A DNA stretch of 64,000 bases. Origin: a virus. Below, one piece after another: positions 9,488 through 17,156 of this stretch. The notes below the pieces were generated by a model, which saw nothing but the letters and a program-made list of their open reading frames with translations, was not told the origin of the DNA and ran no database searches. Position numbers and translations under genes: made by a program. Every line of letters starts with the position of its first letter. Position 1 is the first letter of the stretch. The DNA lies in the IMG/VR virus record IMGVR_UViG_3300028197_000003, positions 32,001 through 96,000 of that record; one strand, given 5' to 3'.

Positions 9488-10162
9488 ATGCTTTCTGGAA
9501 CCGATTTCGTAAAGAAAATCAAGGAAGGTAATAGGGAGCTGTTTGAGGCTTCCCGTAGTAACGTCCGTCGTTTCTTCGCTTCTGCCCCTAGCGAGGAGTA
9601 CCTCGTCGAGCACTTCCGTGGCCGCATGGTCAACGAAGCACAAAACATGTATGCGATTGCTGGTCAAGTAGCATCTGCCGACCCTAGCACCGACGTTCGC
9701 GACCTGGAGCTTCTTAGCAAGCAGGCATTGGACGAAGCAAAGCACTTCCGCATGGTCAAGGAAGTCATCGAGCACATCACTGGCGAAGAACTAGACGTTG
9801 CTGCTGCTTTCGCTGCTGAAGCAGGTAAGCCTCAAGCAAAGGGTGCTTCCCTGCTTGAGAAGTACGAAGCTGCTCAAGATCCTGCTGCCCTCGCTGCCTA
9901 TCAGCTCGTTGCTGAAGGTCGTGCACAAGCAGTCTGGTCTGAAATGGCCGAGTGTGTTGAAGATTCGTTTATCTCCACCCGCTACGCCTCCATTGCTAAG
10001 GATGAAGGTTTCCACAGCAACCTCGGCGGACGCTCACTGAGCCGTCTGGTTGAAGGTAGTGTGGAACTTCAAGATCGCGTTCTTGCTCTTGTCGAGCGTA
10101 TGCGTTCTGATCTTCTGGAGATCTCCCGCCAGAACACGGCTACACCTCTTGCCGTTGTTTGA
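9488..10162 (+). CDS. Ferritin-like di-iron carboxylate protein
   Basis: E-x32-ExxH (NE...DEAKH) and E-x29-ExxH (AE...DEGFH); predicted all-helical; 224 aa. Confidence 0.8.
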   Translation: MLSGTDFVKKIKEGNRELFEASRSNVRRFFASAPSEEYLVEHFRGRMVNEAQNMYAIAGQVASADPSTDVRDLELLSKQALDEAKHFRMVKEVIEHITGEELDVAAAFAAEAGKPQAKGASLLEKYEAAQDPAALAAYQLVAEGRAQAVWSEMAECVEDSFISTRYASIAKDEGFHSNLGGRSLSRLVEGSVELQDRVLALVERMRSDLLEISRQNTATPLAVV

Positions 10163-10775
10163 AGGTCTGACGACCTTCTCTAATAGTCTCGTCTAACCAA
10201 TGGTCTTTGACGGGACTTACATATTTTCCGTTGGCATCGCCGGTTATAAACTGGTCGATGCCATTGGTCGTTACAGGGAACTTTAGAATCTCCCCACAGT
10301 ATTTGATATAGTCTTCCTTCCACAAGAAAAAAGATTCGTGAGATAGGAAATGTGTTTCAATATATGGATCCTCTAAGAGGGATTTATAGTAACCTTTGGC
10401 AATCGGTAGGGTTACTTCTCCACCAACTCTTTCTTGTTGAAGTGCATTTATATTTTGATCTCTTGTAATAATTGCCACTACAGGTGTGTAACCAAGATGC
10501 ATTGCTTGATGACAAACTGCTGAAATCTTAGGTACCTGTCTGACACCATCATAGAAGAAAGGAACACTTACATTTGCTAGAAAAAAATCTCCCTCAGGAA
10601 ACTCTAACAACTCAGGATATACCCAATACTTGGCAAATGGTTCCTCATCAGATGGAACCCAGTAATTATCTTTGAGAGAATCCCACCCTACAACTTCTGG
10701 GTGCAAACTAAATATTCTTGCAAATAGGTGATTGCCTGATCCTTGTGGTCCGGTTGTGATAAGGAGTCTTTTCAT
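10140..10775 (-). CDS. Sulfotransferase/P-loop-fold protein, family B
   Basis: TGPQGSGNH loop and ITRDQN motif; paralog of 15190-15870. Confidence 0.6.
   Translation of the reverse strand: MKRLLITTGPQGSGNHLFARIFSLHPEVVGWDSLKDNYWVPSDEEPFAKYWVYPELLEFPEGDFFLANVSVPFFYDGVRQVPKISAVCHQAMHLGYTPVVAIITRDQNINALQQERVGGEVTLPIAKGYYKSLLEDPYIETHFLSHESFFLWKEDYIKYCGEILKFPVTTNGIDQFITGDANGKYVSPVKDHWLDETIREGRQTFKQRQEV
10709..10714 (+). promoter_or_regulatory. Late promoter TAAATA inside the opposite-strand gene
   Basis: About 60 nt before ATG 10774; AAGGAG RBS at 10761-10766. Confidence 0.5.
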
Positions 10776-11913
10776 GAGTAAACCGAAGTTTATATTTTTC
10801 TTAGGAGCATCATTTTCAGCAACAACTCCGCTGTATAAAATGCTTCGTAATCACATTACGAGTGGATTTGCTAAAGAACATCATTTGGCAGAAGTAGCAG
10901 AGATAGCGCAACAAATAAGATCTGGAATTTATACACCGACCGATAGAGATAATTTTCCCTTTTTATCAAGTTCAAAAAAATCTTCTACCTCATCATGGGT
11001 CGGTGGGGAAGAGTATAATGAAAAGTTATTGAGATGTAAAAAGAAGATTGATTGCGCCCAAAATTTTGGTACTAGTTCTGGTGAGATTATAACAGATTAT
11101 CCGGATTTTAGTAATTGGTCAATACAAAAATATGTTGATTACTACAAAAAATTGTGGGACAATAGAGGGGATGGTAGAGATGTATTAGTTGATTGGTCTA
11201 ATAGTAATGGTCGTTTAGATTATAATTTTATAAAAAATTTACTGGAAGCATTGAAGCAAGAGTTTGATGTCAGTGCTCTGATTATATGTAGAGACCCTGT
11301 GAGAAGGGCATGGTCTTGGTTGAACTATGCATGGAATGATTATTCAAAAGTTTATATGAAAGATCGTTACACTAATATTGACTCTGCCGCCAAAGCAGAA
11401 TTTGCAAAAATAAAACCATATCATCCACTCATTGAAAGTGTAGAAAAATCGTGTCCTGTGCACGTTTTGGTTATGGAAAAAGTATGGGAGGGTAATTCTT
11501 TTCTATCTAAAGAAGAGTCTCAAATAATTACTCAGTTGATTGGGAAACCTGACTTTGCCCCAAACCTATACTGTCCCGATAGAGGAAACAAAGCAATCCG
11601 TTATAAACATCAAAAAGACCAGTGGTGTTCTGATCATTTCAATATGTCAGATAAACAATACTATGAGTACAAAAATATTATGATTGATCATTATGATGGA
11701 TGGAAAGGAGATCTTCCTGAGGGGTGGGGATCTCCAATGGATTATGAAACAAACTGTTCCTTACCCATAGATGGCATAGAAGAACAGTACATCAAACCTG
11801 GAACTTATCGTAAGAGTGATGGAAAATTATATGTAGACTTTGATGGTTATGATGAATTATATAACGTTGAATATGTTGACCCATATTTTAGTGATAAATT
11901 TTCCAACCCATAA
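10774..11913 (+). CDS. Sulfotransferase-like protein, family A
   Basis: LGASFSATTPL (5'-PSB-like loop) and RDPVRRAWS (3'-PB-like); start MSKPKF chosen by alignment to paralogs. Confidence 0.65.
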   Translation: MSKPKFIFFLGASFSATTPLYKMLRNHITSGFAKEHHLAEVAEIAQQIRSGIYTPTDRDNFPFLSSSKKSSTSSWVGGEEYNEKLLRCKKKIDCAQNFGTSSGEIITDYPDFSNWSIQKYVDYYKKLWDNRGDGRDVLVDWSNSNGRLDYNFIKNLLEALKQEFDVSALIICRDPVRRAWSWLNYAWNDYSKVYMKDRYTNIDSAAKAEFAKIKPYHPLIESVEKSCPVHVLVMEKVWEGNSFLSKEESQIITQLIGKPDFAPNLYCPDRGNKAIRYKHQKDQWCSDHFNMSDKQYYEYKNIMIDHYDGWKGDLPEGWGSPMDYETNCSLPIDGIEEQYIKPGTYRKSDGKLYVDFDGYDELYNVEYVDPYFSDKFSNP

Positions 11914-11938
11914 AAAAAGGCAGGCGTTATGCCTGCCT
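11912..11938 (-). terminator. Intrinsic terminator for the DctP-like gene, possibly bidirectional
   Basis: AGGCAGGC-gttat-GCCTGCCT with an A7 tract on + (U tract on -). Confidence 0.8.
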
Positions 11939-11957
11939 ATAAAATCAAAACAGAAGT

Positions 11958-12914
11958 TTACTCTTCTGCATCGGTACCGTAGGCACGAATACGATCAGCA
12001 ACTCCCGCAGGAAGAGAAATCGTATCATACAATCCAGCAGTAGCTTGCTTGAATGCAGTACGCTCATCAGTAGTCATTTTGTTGACGGTAATTCCTTCAT
12101 TCGTGCACTTGACCTCAAGGTCAAACATCTCATCAACAGACCATTCTTGTTCCGCATCTGCGGTAACAATTGCTGCGTTTGCAATTTTGCCACGAAGTCC
12201 AGAATCTTTATCCAAAGACTTCCAAAAATCTTTCCGACAAACAATAGCTGCAACATTCATAGAATGTCGTGTATCATTGAGAGTCTTCATGACATCATCG
12301 CCTTCATTGGCGAAGAACTGAGTGTAGTTAGCATCTGCACCAGCAACGGTGCCATCTGTGACGGCTTGTTTGATCTGCTCTACTTCAAGAACAACAGGAG
12401 TAGCACCAATTGCTTCAAAAGTTTTTTTAGCAATTTCGTTGTCGTCGCATCGAATGGAAACCCCTAACAGATCATCGGTTGTATCGATTTCTTTAGTAGC
12501 AGGAATCATATTGTATCCACCAGCAAAAGTATATCCCAGACCCCTAACTACAGTATCTTCACGTCCCCATAGTCCTTTCAAAAGCTCAATTCCAACTTGA
12601 CCCGCTAAGGCGTTACTTGCCTCAACATAACTACTAAACAAATAAGGCATATCAAGAACTCTCAAATCTGAGTTGAGTTCAGCCAACTTGGACGTATATA
12701 TCTGACACATATCCAACTTACCCTCTCTAATGAGAGTAATAAAATCATTCCTGGTAACTGCTACACCTTCATTGTACTTCGTAGCAAACTCTGATAGTGT
12801 AAGAATTTCAACTTCAAATTCCCCAGGAGCAAGGATCTCAATTTCAGTAGCAAACTTCTCAGCAGTACGACGGAAAAGTTCAATAGGTTCATGTACCCAA
12901 CGTACTTTTTTCAT
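11958..12914 (-). CDS. dctP: TRAP-transporter substrate-binding (DctP-family) protein without signal peptide
   Basis: LDMPYLF, DLLGVSIR, FEAIGATPV, GTVAGAD, DTRH motifs typical of DctP; no hydrophobic N-terminal leader. Confidence 0.8.
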   Translation of the reverse strand: MKKVRWVHEPIELFRRTAEKFATEIEILAPGEFEVEILTLSEFATKYNEGVAVTRNDFITLIREGKLDMCQIYTSKLAELNSDLRVLDMPYLFSSYVEASNALAGQVGIELLKGLWGREDTVVRGLGYTFAGGYNMIPATKEIDTTDDLLGVSIRCDDNEIAKKTFEAIGATPVVLEVEQIKQAVTDGTVAGADANYTQFFANEGDDVMKTLNDTRHSMNVAAIVCRKDFWKSLDKDSGLRGKIANAAIVTADAEQEWSVDEMFDLEVKCTNEGITVNKMTTDERTAFKQATAGLYDTISLPAGVADRIRAYGTDAEE

Positions 12915-12941
12915 GCCTTATTGAGTTATGGTTCTATACTA

Positions 12942-12947
12942 TATTTA
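12942..12947 (-). promoter_or_regulatory. Late promoter TAAATA on the minus strand
   Basis: tattta on +, 27 nt upstream of the DctP-like ATG. Confidence 0.65.
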
Positions 12948-12991
12948 TTGTAATGTAACTGTTCCTAAATTATTATGATGCTTGTGAAAGG

Positions 12992-14038
12992 ATGAAACCT
13001 AAATTTATTTTGTTTCTTGGAGTAGGTTGGTCAGCAACAACTCCACTGTTTGCATCTATCAAAGAACATTTACTCTACGGCATTGAGAAGGAATGGTTTT
13101 ATCCCCAGATGTTGTTTGAAAGGAATTTTTACAAGTTCACAAATGATCATTTATGGAGAAAATCTTTAGATGAACTCAAGGTAAGAATAAGAAAATTTAG
13201 AGAGGGTGAGATACAGTTTCATCATGTGTCGAAGCACGATGTGTCAGAAAAAGCATTGAGTATCATAGAGCATCATGATCCTACTATCGAGAGATATATT
13301 GATTTTTACAAATGTCTCTGGGAAGAAGGGGTAAGTTACGATAAGAAGGCACTTGCAGATTTTTCAAATACAAATAGTGAATGTTTCTTTGTTGATAAAG
13401 GAATTCGATGGTATAGAAACTTTGTATCAGAATTGGATAAACATTTTGATGTTATTCAAGTTGCAATTTTTAGAGATCCAGTTAGGAGGTTTTTCTCAAA
13501 CGAGGTTTGGTTATATGACAACGCCGAGCATCTAGACATTGACACGGGTGGTCAAACTTTAGATCAGTGGTTTGAACATCGTATAGAACATCAGATTCCT
13601 TATGCCAAACTTATCAAGACTGCCATGTCTTGTGGTAAGACTGAATTTTTTGTTATGGAAGACGTATGGGAATCTGATACTGAAACCCAAATTGCTCGAC
13701 TACAAAAACTTTTTGCTGTCGATAGAGTAGAATTATATGACAATGCTTACTGTCCTGATAGAGGATCTAAAGCAATTAGATATAGTAACCTAATAGATCA
13801 ATGGACTAGTGATTCATTTGATATGCCAGATGATTTATATTATAAACTCAAAAAAATGATGAGTTTTCAGTACGAAGATTGGATAAAAATGTATGGCAAA
13901 TTGCCTGAAACTTGGGGCAGTCCTGCAGACTATAAGAAGAATCAGAGTTTACCGATAGGGAGACTACAGCACAAAGAGAACTTTGTTTATCCAGAGTTTT
14001 ATGAAGAGATTGATGGTCAAAATTATTGTCATAACTAG
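12992..14038 (+). CDS. Sulfotransferase-like protein, family A
   Basis: LGVGWSATTPL; RDPVRRFFS; YCPDRGSKAIRY. Confidence 0.65.
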   Translation: MKPKFILFLGVGWSATTPLFASIKEHLLYGIEKEWFYPQMLFERNFYKFTNDHLWRKSLDELKVRIRKFREGEIQFHHVSKHDVSEKALSIIEHHDPTIERYIDFYKCLWEEGVSYDKKALADFSNTNSECFFVDKGIRWYRNFVSELDKHFDVIQVAIFRDPVRRFFSNEVWLYDNAEHLDIDTGGQTLDQWFEHRIEHQIPYAKLIKTAMSCGKTEFFVMEDVWESDTETQIARLQKLFAVDRVELYDNAYCPDRGSKAIRYSNLIDQWTSDSFDMPDDLYYKLKKMMSFQYEDWIKMYGKLPETWGSPADYKKNQSLPIGRLQHKENFVYPEFYEEIDGQNYCHN

Positions 14039-14058
14039 TAAAGTGATTGTATAAAAAA

Positions 14059-15189
14059 ATGAAACCTAAATTTATACTATTTGTTGGTTATGGATGGGCA
14101 GCAACAACTCCATTATTCAATTCCCTAAAAGAACATCTACTTTTTGGTACTCAAAAAGAGATGCATTATTTTGAATTGATCTATAAAAAACAATATTACA
14201 AAGATCCTAAAAACTGGGGGGAAGGAGCCAAAGACCGTAGGGGATGGGAGAAAACTTTTGAATTACATTTAGCACGTGTCAAACAGACCAGGTATGGTGA
14301 AGATAATTATGATCAAAATATTTTTGTGCCAGATAAAGCATTTGATATTCTTGAAGATCCTAATACTTGTATAGAAAACTATATCAATTTTTATAAATCC
14401 ATTTGGGAAAAACATGCAGATGAGGGCAAGATACTTGCAGATTGGTCAAACTCAAATATTCTTCCGATAAACGATAAAACAGTAGGACTGCCTTTGTACA
14501 AAGAGTTTATACAAAGACTACAAGAACATTTTGATGTTACTCAAGTAGGAATTTTTAGAGATCCAGTTAGACGACTATTTTCAGAACATGTTTGGCATTG
14601 GGACAATGCAGATCTCCTTAGAATTGATAAAGGTTTACATCATACCGTAGAAACTTACTTAGAATTATATGCAAAAAAAGTTTTACCTTACAGTGATATT
14701 ATAGATGTCACTAGAAAATATGGTAAAACTGAATTTTTTGTTATGGAAGATATATGGGAGAACGATACTAAAAATCAACTTAGTCGATTAGAAAATCTTA
14801 TTGGTAAAGATATAAATTTATATGATAATGCTTACTCTCCTGATAGAGGATCTAAAGCAATTAGATATACTCTTTTGATTGATCAATGGAATAGTGATTC
14901 ATTTGATATGCCAGATGATTTATATTATAAACTAAAAAAAATACTTCAGTATCAATATGATTATTGGCCTAAAGTATTTGGTTGTCTTCCTGAGCAGTGG
15001 GGAACCCCTATAGACTACAAGAAAAATCAAAGTTTACCTATAGGAAGAATTGAACACGAAGGTAATTTTGTTCCTGAAGAAAATCGTGAACTAATTGATG
15101 GTGAATATTATTGGAAAGATTTCGATAATACATTTCTGCTTGATGGAATGGATGATTTTTTTACTAAATTTGAGGTTGTAAGTAAGTGA
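14059..15189 (+). CDS. Sulfotransferase-like protein, family A (tandem paralog)
   Basis: VGYGWAATTPL; RDPVRRLFS; ATG at 14059 matches paralog starts. Confidence 0.65.
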   Translation: MKPKFILFVGYGWAATTPLFNSLKEHLLFGTQKEMHYFELIYKKQYYKDPKNWGEGAKDRRGWEKTFELHLARVKQTRYGEDNYDQNIFVPDKAFDILEDPNTCIENYINFYKSIWEKHADEGKILADWSNSNILPINDKTVGLPLYKEFIQRLQEHFDVTQVGIFRDPVRRLFSEHVWHWDNADLLRIDKGLHHTVETYLELYAKKVLPYSDIIDVTRKYGKTEFFVMEDIWENDTKNQLSRLENLIGKDINLYDNAYSPDRGSKAIRYTLLIDQWNSDSFDMPDDLYYKLKKILQYQYDYWPKVFGCLPEQWGTPIDYKKNQSLPIGRIEHEGNFVPEENRELIDGEYYWKDFDNTFLLDGMDDFFTKFEVVSK

Positions 15190-15870
15190 TCAACAACACT
15201 TAGATGGTTTTTCTGGTTGTGGTCCTGTAGGTCCTTCAGTAAAAGGATCTAATGGAGCAGGAATTCCAGTTTTATTGCAGTCATCCAAAGGATTGTTTGC
15301 AACATATTGAATATACTTGTCGTTAGCATCTCGTTTCAAAATTTCATCTACACGTTTGTCATACCATGCAACTGGGATACCAATGTCTAGGTGTTTTAGA
15401 TACTCTTCTTTATAGAGATATAAAAGTTCGTAACTAAGAAAGGTTGGGTTGGGGAATTTTGACATCTGATCCAAGAAATACTTGGTGGTTAGTTCGCCCC
15501 TCAACCGCTGTTGTTGATTACGAAGTATGTTTTGATCACGACCAATTACAACTATTTTAGTTTTGATCCCCATATTTTCGGCAGACTTGCAAAACTGCAA
15601 TACGTTTGGACACCAATGGGTCCCTTTTTCTTTGATGCCGAGGGGGACACTAATAGAGGTAAAGTAATATTCCGACTGAGACCAATCGAAAGATTGCAGT
15701 TTATTGGGGTCTCTCCAATATTCTGCAAAAGGTTCTGCAAATCTATGTGCTTCCCAATAATTGTTCAGCAAAGATTTCCACCCATAGACATCATCGTGCA
15801 ATGAAAAGATTTTTGACCATAGATGGTTTCCCGATCCTTGAGGCCCAGTTAGTACAACGAGTGTCTTCAT
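15190..15870 (-). CDS. Sulfotransferase/P-loop-fold protein, family B
   Basis: TGPQGSGNH; IGRDQN; paralog of 10140-10775. Confidence 0.6.
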   Translation of the reverse strand: MKTLVVLTGPQGSGNHLWSKIFSLHDDVYGWKSLLNNYWEAHRFAEPFAEYWRDPNKLQSFDWSQSEYYFTSISVPLGIKEKGTHWCPNVLQFCKSAENMGIKTKIVVIGRDQNILRNQQQRLRGELTTKYFLDQMSKFPNPTFLSYELLYLYKEEYLKHLDIGIPVAWYDKRVDEILKRDANDKYIQYVANNPLDDCNKTGIPAPLDPFTEGPTGPQPEKPSKCC

Positions 15871-15891
15871 AATATAGTAACCTTCATACTA

Positions 15892-15900
15892 ATTATAACA
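15892..15900 (-). promoter_or_regulatory. Extended -10 sigma70-type promoter TGTTATAAT
   Basis: Perfect TGnTATAAT 21 nt before ATG 15870. Confidence 0.65.
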
Positions 15901-15902
15901 CC

Positions 15903-15908
15903 TAAATA
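15903..15908 (+). promoter_or_regulatory. Late promoter TAAATA
   Basis: Upstream of fibre-like gene 15973. Confidence 0.7.
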
Positions 15909-15972
15909 CTCCTATGCGAGAGTATATACTCTCAGTATCTAACTAGATGATCGCTACATAGCGACTACGTGA

Positions 15973-17133
15973 ATGTCATCTCCAAATATTAGGGTCAAAC
16001 GCTCAGCGATTGCTGGCAAGGTCCCACACTATCCAAACAGCCTAGAACTTGGCGAATTTGCGATCAACACAGCGGACGGCAAAGTCTTTATTGCCGCTGG
16101 TGTTGGAGCAGGTGTTACTGTACGCGAAGTTGGTATAAGCACCGGCAAGATTCTTAGTGGTATCGCTACGATTACCACGCTTGAAGCAACAAATTTTAGT
16201 GTAAGTAATACTATCGTTGGTATTTCCAGCGGTGCGAACAAGGTAGATACTGCAACTGACGGTGGTAACCAATGGCACCACGTTGGATTTTTAGATAATA
16301 GAACTGGATATCAAAAAATAAAGACTAACGGTCTTACTTACAACCCTAACACTGGCAAACTCTATGCTGGTATTGGTAGTTTTGGTAAGGTTAGTGGAGA
16401 AGCAACGGTTTCTCAACTAGTAGTCACTGGAGTAACCACTGTATCCACGATCAATGCTGATGCATTTGTTGGTGATGGATCTGCTCTTACTAACATTGGT
16501 GCTGCTACATCTATTTCATCTCAAGTTACAACCGCTACTCAAGGTCAGACCGCATTTACATCACCTGGTGCTCACAATGATGGAACTAAACAACTTACTG
16601 TAGAAGCATATATCAACGGTGTTCGCCAACGTAAAGATACTGACTTCAGTGTCTCATCTACAAGCACAGTAACCCTTAGTAGTGGTGCCAAGGTAGGTGA
16701 TGAGGTTCAAATTCAAGTTCATTATGGACATACTCTCGATCAAGAATCTTTTACTGCAACACAAGGTCAAACAGTATTTACAATCTCAGGTGATTTTGCT
16801 GCACAAAAAAACTTCAAAGTATTTTTGAATGGTATAAAATTACGTAAAACTACAGACTATACTACCGGTGCATCTATTGTCCTTGTGACCGGATGTAAAG
16901 TGGGAGACGAAGTTGATATATGTGGAGATCTTTCAGAAGATCAATATACTGCAACTGAAGGACAAACAACATTTATTCCAAGCGATACAAATATTTCTAC
17001 TAAAAACGCTCAAGTATATCTAAATGGGGTTTTACTACGAGCAGTAGATTGGTCATTTGGAGATACATCTATATCAATTACTAATGGCACAACTGTAGGT
17101 GACGAGATAGATGTCGTTGTAAGACGTAACTAA
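15973..17133 (+). CDS. Tail-fibre-like structural protein with three C-terminal repeat domains
   Basis: N-terminal IRVKRS...GEFAINTADGKVF; TAT(Q/E)GQT...(Y/F)xNG...VGDE repeated three times. Confidence 0.7.
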   Translation: MSSPNIRVKRSAIAGKVPHYPNSLELGEFAINTADGKVFIAAGVGAGVTVREVGISTGKILSGIATITTLEATNFSVSNTIVGISSGANKVDTATDGGNQWHHVGFLDNRTGYQKIKTNGLTYNPNTGKLYAGIGSFGKVSGEATVSQLVVTGVTTVSTINADAFVGDGSALTNIGAATSISSQVTTATQGQTAFTSPGAHNDGTKQLTVEAYINGVRQRKDTDFSVSSTSTVTLSSGAKVGDEVQIQVHYGHTLDQESFTATQGQTVFTISGDFAAQKNFKVFLNGIKLRKTTDYTTGASIVLVTGCKVGDEVDICGDLSEDQYTATEGQTTFIPSDTNISTKNAQVYLNGVLLRAVDWSFGDTSISITNGTTVGDEIDVVVRRN

Positions 17134-17136
17134 ATA
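17131..17136 (+). promoter_or_regulatory. Late promoter TAAATA
   Basis: Overlaps upstream stop, 20 nt before gp13. Confidence 0.75.
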
Positions 17137-17156
17137 GAAAAAAAGTCTTGGAATAA

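Noticed and set aside
9488-10162. Definite aldehyde decarbonylase or RNR beta subunit call
   Set aside because: The di-iron ligands are shared by many ferritin-like families; it is too short for a typical NrdB and no search was possible.
11958-12914. Functional TRAP uptake transporter as an auxiliary metabolic gene
   Set aside because: No signal peptide and no dctQ/dctM in the window.
4380-17133. Diversity-generating retroelement, suggested by tropism-determinant-like fibre N-termini
   Set aside because: No reverse transcriptase in the window and no template/variable repeat pair differing only at adenines was seen.
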